From an archaeon (lineage in GTDB: Archaea > Iainarchaeota > Iainarchaeia > Iainarchaeales > CSSED10-239): a DNA stretch of 32,000 nt. The translations under genes and the position numbers were made by a program. Position 1 is the stretch's first letter, and every line of letters starts with the position of its first letter. The notes below the pieces were generated by a model. That model made no database searches. It was not told where the DNA came from and saw nothing but the letters and a program-made list of their open reading frames with translations. The stretch spans positions 30,001 through 62,000 of the forward strand of contig DAOMZT010000001.1 of the NCBI GenBank assembly GCA_035400625.1. The letters are read 5' to 3'. Below, one piece after another: positions 1-7,395 of the stretch.

Positions 1-317
1 ATATCCCAATGACCTGTGCATTCTGCAAGATAAGAAACATTGTTGTCTTCTTTTATAAAAGAAATTAACTGTGCTTGAACCTCTGGAGAAATATTTGTTA
101 ATCTTATCATTGTTCTGTAACTGGTATAGCCTAATTTTACAAAATTAATAACTGTGTAATAGCCTAGAATAATTTGGCGTTTTTCTAGATTGATTAGACG
201 ATAGCTTAAGACCTGCTGGGAGGTTTTAAGAAGCTTTGCGATATTAGAGATCGGTTGCCTTGAATCTTTCTCCAATTCCAGTAAAAAGCGCATATCAAAT
301 TTGTCTATTTCCTGCAT
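1..317 (-). CDS. Lrp/AsnC-family transcriptional regulator (partial; C-terminus runs off the left edge)
   Basis: Absent from the ORF track because it is open at the window edge. The reverse complement from the ATG at 317-315 reads MQEIDKFDMRFLLELEKDSRQPISNIAKLLKTSQQVLSYRLINLEKRQIILGYYTVINFVKLGYTSYRTMIRL... This is the AsnC-type HTH pattern followed by the start of the ligand (RAM) domain. Confidence 0.8.
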   Translation of the reverse strand, partial: MQEIDKFDMRFLLELEKDSRQPISNIAKLLKTSQQVLSYRLINLEKRQIILGYYTVINFVKLGYTSYRTMIRLTNISPEVQAQLISFIKEDNNVSYLAECTGHWD

Positions 318-357
318 ATTTGTATTTATGAGAAAAATGCATATAAATATTGCGATT

Positions 358-374
358 TCACAAAAATTTTGTGA
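358..374. promoter_or_regulatory. Perfect 8-1-8 palindrome TCACAAAA-A-TTTTGTGA, with an extra half-site TCACAAAAT at 398-406; candidate operator in the divergent Lrp / 496-aa ORF promoter region
   Basis: Read directly from the sequence. It lies between TATA-like ATATAAATAT (341-350, 24-33 nt from the Lrp ATG) and GATATATAAAG (380-390, about 45 nt before the ATG at 435). Confidence 0.35.
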
Positions 375-434
375 GAAAGATATATAAAGCTTCAAATTCA
401 CAAAATATTTAATTCAAGCCAAAAGTTTTCAAAT

Positions 435-1925
435 ATGAAAACAATCCTTGTAATTCCCCCCTACTTTCCGTTAATCGCTACGGAAGATGAGAATATTGAC
501 AAAGAACCTAACAACGACCTACCAAAACCCCTTCTGCTTATGCCATATTTTCCGTTTTCTCTTAAGTCTTTTTCTTTCTTGTTCCTTGATTTTGAGATAA
601 TGCATTCTAAAAAACCAAAAACACTTGATTCTTGTCTGGAATTGATAATGAAACAAAAGCCTAAAAAAATTGTTTTTGATTTCTTGCAAGAACAACAATT
701 TGAAAAATACAATCAAAATCTGCAAAACATTATTGAAAAAATCAAAACACTATATCCTGAAATTAAAATTGAAGAATTGAAAAACAACAAAGAAGGAAAT
801 TTTGAAGAAAAGAATTTAGAAAAGATAAAGGAAATTAGAAAATATGCTGTAAGAAATGAACAAAAGCTTTTTGTCATACAGGATTTAGCGAATTTAAAAG
901 ATGTTTACAAAATATTAAACCAAGAAATTTATGACTTCTGGTTTTTTAACTTTAGATCTCATTCTTTAAAAGAAATATTAAAATTAAAAAAAGACTATTT
1001 TGATCTAAATTATTATCTTACTTGCGATTTTGAAAAACTTAATTGCCAAGATGCAAGATTATTATCAGAAAATGGGCTTGAAAAACTATATTTGAAATTA
1101 AAGATAAACAACAAATCTTTTGATTGTTTTTCAGAACATTTAGAGAAACTAAAAAACATCTCTTCTTTTTGTAAAATTGAGCTAACGATTATCCCTGAAA
1201 TCTCAGAAATAAAAAATATTGAACTGATTGATTTTCTAAACACCTTAGATTTAGAAAAAATAAAATATACTATTAAGCAAACAACAAGAAAAATAGAAAC
1301 AAAAACAGAATTTATTAATTTCGGGGTGTTGGCTTTACTTAATGCTCTTGAAAAAAAAGAAGAACTTAAAAAGAGGCTAATAGAAATACCAAAAATAAAA
1401 GACAAAACAACATTTGAACAAATTATTTCTTTTATTTTCAAAACAGAAAAGAAATATTTGGAATTTTATATTGACATCATACATTTCCTTGATGGTTTTT
1501 TCACAAAAGAAGAAATTATTGATTATCTAAATAGATTACACCCAGAAACCAAAAAAGAAAATATTGAAAAAATCGTTTATAATTTTATATCGCTTTTAGA
1601 AAAAGAAATGTTTATCGATTATGTTGATTCTAAAAAAGAACAGAAATCACATTATATAAGTGCACTGCCAAGAAATAACAATCTTTTTTACATGTACTCC
1701 TGTTCACAAAAAGGATATATCTTGGGGAAAAACCAAAAACTGGAAGAAGTGCCAAAAGATGTTTTCTTTTTCTTTGTGTTCTCTAAAGGAATCTTCATGC
1801 TTAGAGAAATTGCAAACAAGCTTCGTCTTCTGTTTAAGGACAAAAAAGAGTTTAGCAAGGACAACTACCTTAAGAGCACAGAGAAGATATACAATACTCT
1901 TAAACAATATGGGCTTTGCAAATAA
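435..1925 (+). CDS. Hypothetical 496-aa K/E-rich protein with no confidently recognised family
   Basis: Long uninterrupted ORF in an AT-rich genome where stop codons are frequent by chance. The N-terminus (ILVIPPYFP ... KPKKIVFDF) loosely resembles the B12-binding-type N-domain of class B radical SAM proteins, but no CxxxCxxC motif is present. Confidence 0.6.
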   Translation: MKTILVIPPYFPLIATEDENIDKEPNNDLPKPLLLMPYFPFSLKSFSFLFLDFEIMHSKKPKTLDSCLELIMKQKPKKIVFDFLQEQQFEKYNQNLQNIIEKIKTLYPEIKIEELKNNKEGNFEEKNLEKIKEIRKYAVRNEQKLFVIQDLANLKDVYKILNQEIYDFWFFNFRSHSLKEILKLKKDYFDLNYYLTCDFEKLNCQDARLLSENGLEKLYLKLKINNKSFDCFSEHLEKLKNISSFCKIELTIIPEISEIKNIELIDFLNTLDLEKIKYTIKQTTRKIETKTEFINFGVLALLNALEKKEELKKRLIEIPKIKDKTTFEQIISFIFKTEKKYLEFYIDIIHFLDGFFTKEEIIDYLNRLHPETKKENIEKIVYNFISLLEKEMFIDYVDSKKEQKSHYISALPRNNNLFYMYSCSQKGYILGKNQKLEEVPKDVFFFFVFSKGIFMLREIANKLRLLFKDKKEFSKDNYLKSTEKIYNTLKQYGLCK

Positions 1926-1989
1926 CCTCACATAATAGCTTTTAATATGTTTCTATTATATGATATTTATAATAAAAGTGAAACATAAC

Positions 1990-3126
1990 ATGTCAGAAGA
2001 AGAATTTAAAGTAACACCTTGGGAAATTGAAGGAAAGGTTGATTATCAGAAATTAATAAAACAATTTGGAACAAGTGAGATAAATAAGCAGATACTTGAA
2101 AAATTAAGATTAAAAACCAAATCCAAGAAACTACATCCTTTCTTTAGAAGAGGATTTATTTATTCACATAGAGATTTTGATAAGATATTAGAAGAAATAG
2201 ACAAGCAAAATTTCTTTATCTATACTGGTAGAGGCCCATCAGGAAGAATGCATATTGGACACCTTATTCCTTTTATTATCTCTAAATGGTTTCAGGACGA
2301 ATTTGATTGTAATGTTTATATAGCGATGTCAGATGATGAGAAGTTTTTGTTTAAAGACAAGTTGAACTTTGAAGAAATGGAAAAGAACTCCAAAGAAAAT
2401 TTCAAAGAAATATCTGCTGTTGGTCTTAATCCTGATAAGACTTTTTTCTTTTCAGATATTGAGTATATTCAAAAACTATATCCTGTAGCTTTGAAGTTTG
2501 CAAAAAAAATAACTTTTTCTACAGCTAAAGCGGTGTTTGGATTTAATAATGATAATAACCTTGGACAATTTTTTTATCCAGCAGTTCAGATTGTTCCAAC
2601 AACTTTTGAAAAAAAACATTGCTTGATACCTGCAGGAATTGATCAGGACCCTTATTGGAGAATACAAAGAGATATTGCTGAAAAGCTAGGATATAAGAAA
2701 GTTGTAGCTGTGCATAACAAGCTTTTGCCACCATTGCAAGGAATAGACGGGAAGATGTCAAGCTCAATTGGAGAAACTGCAATATTTTTGGATGATGATT
2801 TTAAGACTATTGAAAAGAAAATAAATAAATATGCTTTCTCTGGCGGACAGCCTACAATTGAAGAACAAAGAAAAAAAGGCGGAAACACAGATGTGTGTGT
2901 TGTTTATTCTTGGTTAGAGATATTATTTGAAGAAGATGACCAAAAGCTTGAACAAAGGAAGAAAGACTGTAAAGCAGGAAAGATACTTTGCGGAGAATGC
3001 AAGAAATACTTATCTGAAAAAATCTCAGTTACCTTAAAGAAACACCAAGATACAAAAATAAAAAACTCTCCACTTATAGAGAAATACAAGTATAGTGGAA
3101 AGCTTGCAAAAACTATGTGGCAGTGA
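1990..3126 (+). CDS. trpS: Tryptophan--tRNA ligase, archaeal/eukaryotic type
   Basis: Class I aaRS signatures are present: TGRGPSGRMHIGHLIPF (HIGH) and GKMSSS (KMSKS). The N-terminal VTPWEIEGKVDYQKLIKQFG is typical of archaeal TrpRS. The track ORF starts at 1960, but the ATG at 1990 (MSEEEFKV) removes an odd MIFIIKVKHN leader. Confidence 0.92.
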   Translation: MSEEEFKVTPWEIEGKVDYQKLIKQFGTSEINKQILEKLRLKTKSKKLHPFFRRGFIYSHRDFDKILEEIDKQNFFIYTGRGPSGRMHIGHLIPFIISKWFQDEFDCNVYIAMSDDEKFLFKDKLNFEEMEKNSKENFKEISAVGLNPDKTFFFSDIEYIQKLYPVALKFAKKITFSTAKAVFGFNNDNNLGQFFYPAVQIVPTTFEKKHCLIPAGIDQDPYWRIQRDIAEKLGYKKVVAVHNKLLPPLQGIDGKMSSSIGETAIFLDDDFKTIEKKINKYAFSGGQPTIEEQRKKGGNTDVCVVYSWLEILFEEDDQKLEQRKKDCKAGKILCGECKKYLSEKISVTLKKHQDTKIKNSPLIEKYKYSGKLAKTMWQ

Positions 3127-3135
3127 AATCCATAC

Positions 3136-3732
3136 ATGAAAAAAATAAGAATTGCAATCGACTTAGATGATACTTTAGTTCCTACTGTGGATCTTGTTGT
3201 TAAAGAAATACTTAGTGATAAAAGCTTTCCTGCCTTTAGGGGCTATCAATCTATTAAGGACTTTACATATGATGAAGAGCTGGCACTTTATAGGTATATA
3301 AGAAAAACAATAAACAAACAAGACATTTCTAAATTTATGCCAATGCCAAGATCTGTTCTTGCCATCAAAAAACTTGCAAAAGATTTTGATCTTTATATGG
3401 TGACTGCAAGAACCAAGAACGTTAAAAAGCACACAAGAATTTGGTTAAATTATCATTTTCCAAAAATGTTTAAAAAGATAATATTTGGGCAATATAGAAA
3501 AGAAGGGGAATTTAAGAAGACAAAAGGAGAGATATGTAAAGAACTTGGAATTTCAATGATTATAGATGACAGAATAGATTATGCTCTTGATTGTTATAAG
3601 CATGGGGTAAAAGCAATTGTCTTTGATTATAAGGACGGCTATCCATGGTCAAAGGGTAAGCTTCCAAAAGATGTTAAAAAAGCAAAGGATTGGAAAGAAG
3701 TTTTAGAAATTATCAAAAAGACAAAGTTTTAA
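3136..3732 (+). CDS. HAD-superfamily hydrolase, 5'(3')-nucleotidase-like
   Basis: Motif I is IAIDLDDTL (DxDxT), motif II is MVTART, and the distal acidic motif is MIIDDRIDY. At 198 aa it is a small cap-less/C1-type HAD. Confidence 0.65.
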   Translation: MKKIRIAIDLDDTLVPTVDLVVKEILSDKSFPAFRGYQSIKDFTYDEELALYRYIRKTINKQDISKFMPMPRSVLAIKKLAKDFDLYMVTARTKNVKKHTRIWLNYHFPKMFKKIIFGQYRKEGEFKKTKGEICKELGISMIIDDRIDYALDCYKHGVKAIVFDYKDGYPWSKGKLPKDVKKAKDWKEVLEIIKKTKF

Positions 3733-3760
3733 ACAAGTTTTATATTTAATTATATTATAT

Positions 3761-3833
3761 AGCCTGGTAGTGTAGCGGCCAAGCATGCAAGACTCTGGAT
3801 CTTGCGACAGGAGTTCGAATCTCCTCCGGGCTA
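3761..3833 (+). tRNA. tRNA-Gln (anticodon CUG), 73 nt, no intron, no encoded CCA
   Basis: Hand fold. The acceptor AGCCTGG/CCGGGCT has 7 bp with one G-U and an A1-U72 pair. The D arm is GTGT-AGCGGCCAA-GCAT. The anticodon arm is CAAGA-CTCTGGA-TCTTG (U33, CUG, G37). The variable loop is CGAC, the T arm is AGGAG-TTCGAAT-CTCCT, and the discriminator is A. Confidence 0.9.
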
Positions 3834-3857
3834 TCATTGTGATTTGAGGGAATTACT

Positions 3858-4097
3858 ATGGGAATATTTGATGCTTTTAAAAAGAAAGAAAAAACAGAAG
3901 AAGAAAAGAAAAAAATTGAAGAGCTGAAAAAACAAAAAGAAAAGCCTGTTGCACAAATTGACCTTGCTAATTCTAAATACCCTGATCAAGTGTGTGCAGT
4001 ATGTAGCCAGAAAGGCTGTGACAAGAAATGGGGCGGGCAATACTGGCATAAAAAGTGCTTGCGTTCTGTTAAGGGAATGGCAAGAGACATGATTTAA
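3858..4097 (+). CDS. Small (79 aa) Lys/Glu-rich protein with a C-terminal Cys/His knuckle; function unknown
   Basis: GAGGG sits about 8 nt upstream of the ATG. The C-terminal half carries CAVCSQKGCDKKWGGQYWHKKC (CxxC ... HxxC), which is compatible with a small zinc-binding fold. Confidence 0.5.
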   Translation: MGIFDAFKKKEKTEEEKKKIEELKKQKEKPVAQIDLANSKYPDQVCAVCSQKGCDKKWGGQYWHKKCLRSVKGMARDMI

Positions 4098-5092
4098 TTT
4101 CTTATTTTTTTATTGCTTTTGTCAAAGATATTACCAACAATTTCTTCAAGAATATCTTCAATTGTTAATAGGCCAATAACTTCTCCTGACCTATCAACAA
4201 CAATTGCCATCAAAACAGACTTATCTTCAAAATCATAGAAAATATCTCCTATTTCTTTAGTTGGAGAAACAAACTCTATTGGCCTAATTATGTTTTTTAT
4301 TAATTCATTACTTTTCTTTTCCTTAATTGCCTTTAAGACATCATCAACATCTACAATGCCAATAATATTGTCTTCATCTTCAAAATAAACAGGATATCTT
4401 GAATGGCCACACCTTGAGATTATATCTATTGCCTTATTTATTTTTATATCTCCATTTATGATTTTCATTTTCTCTCTAGGAGTCATAACTTTTGTTACTG
4501 GCGTGTCTTCAAAGTCAAGAACTTTATGCATAATCTTTGCTGCACCACTACTAAGCACACCTTCTTTTCTGCTTAAGGTTAAAATTATCTTTAACTCATC
4601 TTCAGAAATCTTCTTTTCTTTCTTTGGGCGAATACATTTGCTTACAAGTCTTGATAAAAAAGAATACATCTTTATCAAGGGATAGAAAAGAATAGAAAGA
4701 AAATGAATTGGCCTTGAAGCTAGCAAAGAAATACTTTCTGCGTGCTGTACAGCAAAAGTCTTTGGAAAAATCTCTCCAAATGTTAAAATTATAAGAGTCA
4801 TAACTCCTGCAGCTATTGCTACACTTTTTGAACCAAAAGCAGTTATAAATAGACTTGTGGCTAAAGCAGAAGCAGAGATATTAACAATGTTGTTGCCAAT
4901 AAGAATTGTAACAATAAGCGTGTGAGGATCTTTCTTAAGTTTATAAAGGGTTTGAGAACCTGATGTGCCTTTCTTTAAAAGAGACTTTACTCTAATAATG
5001 TTTATAGACATTAACGCAGTTTCAGATGCAGAAAAAAATGCTGAAAGTGCAACTAAAATGAATAAAATTATGATTTGAAAAAAAGTGCCCAT
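4094..5092 (-). CDS. CNNM/DUF21 transmembrane domain plus tandem CBS-domain protein (HlyC/CorC-type putative Mg2+/Co2+ transporter), lacking a CorC_HlyC C-terminal domain
   Basis: The N-terminus IILFILVALSAFFSASETALMSIN is the DUF21 signature. The CBS pair is seen in VMTPREKMKII...YPVYFEDEDNIIGIVDVDD and VVDRSGEVIGLLTIEDILEEIVG. Confidence 0.85.
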   Translation of the reverse strand: MGTFFQIIILFILVALSAFFSASETALMSINIIRVKSLLKKGTSGSQTLYKLKKDPHTLIVTILIGNNIVNISASALATSLFITAFGSKSVAIAAGVMTLIILTFGEIFPKTFAVQHAESISLLASRPIHFLSILFYPLIKMYSFLSRLVSKCIRPKKEKKISEDELKIILTLSRKEGVLSSGAAKIMHKVLDFEDTPVTKVMTPREKMKIINGDIKINKAIDIISRCGHSRYPVYFEDEDNIIGIVDVDDVLKAIKEKKSNELIKNIIRPIEFVSPTKEIGDIFYDFEDKSVLMAIVVDRSGEVIGLLTIEDILEEIVGNIFDKSNKKIRN

Positions 5093-5265
5093 TTGTCTTA
5101 CAACCTTCTAATATAATTAAAAATAAAAGAGTTTTTAAACATTATTATTAGAAAAGATTTGGAAATTACTCTTATGTCGTCCAAGAAATAGTGTGTTTTT
5201 ATAAACTGGCTTTTACAAACTTGCATAAAAAAAGATTTTAAAAAAACAGAAAGAAAATGTTGAAT

Positions 5266-5778
5266 CTATAATCCAACATATTGTCTTATTCTTTGCTTGA
5301 TTTTTGTGATATTATCAAGATAGATATTTAGCTTTTTTTCTATTACTGACATTTGCTCTTCAGTATCTTTTACTTGACCAGCAACAAAAAAGCTTTCTGA
5401 GCCTAGGCCATTATACTTTAGTAATTCTTTTCTTAAAGAAAGGTATTCTGTTAAAGTATAATAATATGCAGTGTAATTCTCATACATTCTTGTAAACAAA
5501 ACCCTTGTTGTATCATCTTTAAAATATCTTCTACCGTCTATTTCAAAATGATTCTTTGTTTTTGCACCAAGGCTGTTTTTATTAACAACTGCATCTACAG
5601 CATCAATGTGCCCTTCTAGCCAATTGATATCTCTTGCTCTATAATCACATCTTTTTATAACTGCAGAACCGGATAACTTGTTTGTTTCCTTGATTAATGT
5701 TTCATCAATCACAACATCATCTGCACTTTTCTTACCAAAAAGCTTTTTAAAGAATGATCTTACCATGTTTTTCACCAA
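5266..5778 (-). CDS. Hypothetical protein (170 aa)
   Basis: Clean ORF, co-directional with its neighbours. No recognisable motif. Confidence 0.5.
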   Translation of the reverse strand: MVKNMVRSFFKKLFGKKSADDVVIDETLIKETNKLSGSAVIKRCDYRARDINWLEGHIDAVDAVVNKNSLGAKTKNHFEIDGRRYFKDDTTRVLFTRMYENYTAYYYTLTEYLSLRKELLKYNGLGSESFFVAGQVKDTEEQMSVIEKKLNIYLDNITKIKQRIRQYVGL

Positions 5779-5901
5779 ATTCCCTATTTTTATTTTTCTT
5801 AAATTTATTAAAAAGTATATATATTGTGCCTATAGTATTTAAATTAATATCTTTTTGCAATATCAAAAATTAGTCAAAAAAACAAGCAGAGAACTATTTT
5901 G

Positions 5902-6432
5902 CTAAAAACCAAACTTCTTTGCTAATTTTTCTTTCTGAATTAGTTTCCTTAAATCTGTTGCCAAATCTATAGGAGAGACAGAAACCACATTAAAATCACA
6001 AAGCCTATTCCAGCCTACATCTCCTTTATACCTTGGTAGAATATGGAAGTGAAGATGCTGTATGCTTTCACCAGCAATCCGTCCAATACTGCAACCAATA
6101 TTATAGCCTTCTGGCTTCATAAATTTATCAAGCATAAAAACAGAAAGATTAATAAGATTAAATAACTCTTTGGACTCAAGAGTTGTTAAATCAAAAATCT
6201 GATTAACATGCCTTTTTGGGATGACTAATAAGTGCCCTGCTGCATAAGGATATTTGTTTGTTTTAATAAAAGACCTTTTTGTTTCAAAGACAGAATATTT
6301 AGAATCTTTATTTTTAGAACAGAATGGGCATTTTTCCCTGTCTTTTGTGCTTTCTTTTTCTGCTGTTGATTTAGAGACATATTCCTTTCTCCAAGGAGCA
6401 TAAAGTGATTTACATTTATCTTTTACTATCAT
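5902..6432 (-). CDS. HIT-family (histidine triad) nucleotide hydrolase/transferase
   Basis: Histidine triad QHLHFHILPR. The N-terminal APWRKEYV and CPFC elements are as in Ap4A-phosphorylase/GalT-like HIT branches. Confidence 0.85.
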   Translation of the reverse strand: MIVKDKCKSLYAPWRKEYVSKSTAEKESTKDREKCPFCSKNKDSKYSVFETKRSFIKTNKYPYAAGHLLVIPKRHVNQIFDLTTLESKELFNLINLSVFMLDKFMKPEGYNIGCSIGRIAGESIQHLHFHILPRYKGDVGWNRLCDFNVVSVSPIDLATDLRKLIQKEKLAKKFGF

Positions 6433-6446
6433 ATTATCAAAACCAA

Positions 6447-6641
6447 TTAACTTAATATTTCTTTTTCTGTATACAGAATCTCTATTATTTTTTCAGTAAT
6501 GCAATTGTTATTATAAAGATGATCCAAGAACTCCTGAACAATCTTGTGATGTATCTCTCTTGGTGTTCTTAAGAATAGATGGCCTAAGCGTGGCACATTA
6601 TTTACAAATGGTAATGCGATAGTTACTATTCTTGTTTTCAT
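6447..6641 (-). pseudogene. 64-aa relic resembling the N-terminal region of methionyl-tRNA synthetase with an internal deletion
   Basis: IVTIALPFVNNVPRLGH resembles the MetRS HIGH-region consensus (..T.alPY.NG.pHlGH), with the first His replaced by Arg. It is directly followed by FLRTPREIHHKIVQEFLDHLYNNNCI, which resembles the MetRS segment F.RTt...H...vq.f...Ly..g.iy that normally lies about 70 residues later. It ends 14 nt before the HIT gene. Confidence 0.4.
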
Positions 6642-6681
6642 AATATATATTAAAAATAAAATATTTAAAAAAAGCTTGCAT

Positions 6682-7347
6682 TTAGATAAACTTTAATTTA
6701 TATAAAAGAATGTATGCAAGAGACACCATTATCACATAAACTACAGCTTTTATCAAATTCCAAGCAACCAGATAGATAAGATATGTAAATCTCATAGATT
6801 GAGTAATTAAAGACATCTGAATATATTGAGAAGGGAACACAAAGAAAGCAATAATTGTTAATATTGACTCTAATAAGAAAATTATTGTAATGATTTTAAA
6901 AACTCTACACCAAGCAACATTAAATGGAACATTGTGCTTTGAAGTGGATAGACCCATAAAAATAATAGAAGCAACATTTACACAAAAGATCAACACTGAA
7001 AAAACCAAAAAGAAAAGATTTTCTTGAATTATTGTTAGCATTGTTGAGTTTACACTAAAAGCTATTGCTTGTAAAATAAAATCAAGAAATACTGTTACTA
7101 TAAGAACAATAAAAGGAATCCATAAATAATTAAAATATCCGTTTTTGTCATACATGTCCTTAAAGAAATTTTTGCTTTCTTTTATTTCATAATATGTTGG
7201 ATTTGCAGGTATTGTTTCTAAAACAAAGCCATTTCTGTTTGCTTTTTCTGTAACTTCTCTTCTTTGGTGAGGAGTTATCTTTTTTGTTCTTTTAACATTT
7301 GTTTTAGTATATCGGTTATTTGGGTATTTATTTCTTCTTTTATTCAT
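6682..7347 (-). CDS. Hypothetical integral membrane protein with a basic N-terminal tail
   Basis: The N-terminus MNKRRNKYPNNRYTKTNVKRTKK is followed by 4-5 hydrophobic spans (WIPFIVLIVTVFLDFIL, LFFLVFSVLIFCVNVASIIFMGL, etc.). Confidence 0.55.
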   Translation of the reverse strand: MNKRRNKYPNNRYTKTNVKRTKKITPHQRREVTEKANRNGFVLETIPANPTYYEIKESKNFFKDMYDKNGYFNYLWIPFIVLIVTVFLDFILQAIAFSVNSTMLTIIQENLFFLVFSVLIFCVNVASIIFMGLSTSKHNVPFNVAWCRVFKIITIIFLLESILTIIAFFVFPSQYIQMSLITQSMRFTYLIYLVAWNLIKAVVYVIMVSLAYILLYKLKFI

Positions 7348-7395
7348 TATACATCACATCTATTTATGATTAATTATATTAATAAGCTTTTGGTT

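Noticed and set aside
461-1441. Antisense ORFs in the track (461-712, 519-725 and 1013-1441, all minus strand) inside the 496-aa gene. Analogous shadow ORFs occur at 2476-3137, 3175-3432, 3834-4049, 4458-4685, 7884-8099, 8390-8581, 9015-9311, 11528-11716, 12542-12727, 12855-13076, 14033-14269, 17382-17576, 19063-19275, 20216-20449, 23035-23217, 24247-24429, 25740-25985 and 29737-29976.
   Set aside because: All lie fully within longer ORFs that carry clear family motifs or better coding character. Their translations are low-complexity (F/L/S/K-rich), as expected for the reverse frame of K/E/I-rich AT-rich genes. None has an SD or promoter context.
1660-1935. Overlapping plus- and minus-strand ORFs (1660-1935 plus, 1704-1931 minus) at the 3' end of the 496-aa gene.
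   Set aside because: They are out-of-frame shadows of the longer ORF and have no independent start signals.
1960-1989. Upstream extension of trpS (MIFIIKVKHN) and the analogous TTG/GTG-extended starts of tldD (11247), fcl (20534), galE (21516) and nth (24639).
   Set aside because: Downstream ATGs give N-termini that match the family patterns. For fcl and galE, those ATGs are preceded by SD-like GGTGG/GAGGT at proper spacing. The extensions add hydrophobic or odd leaders.
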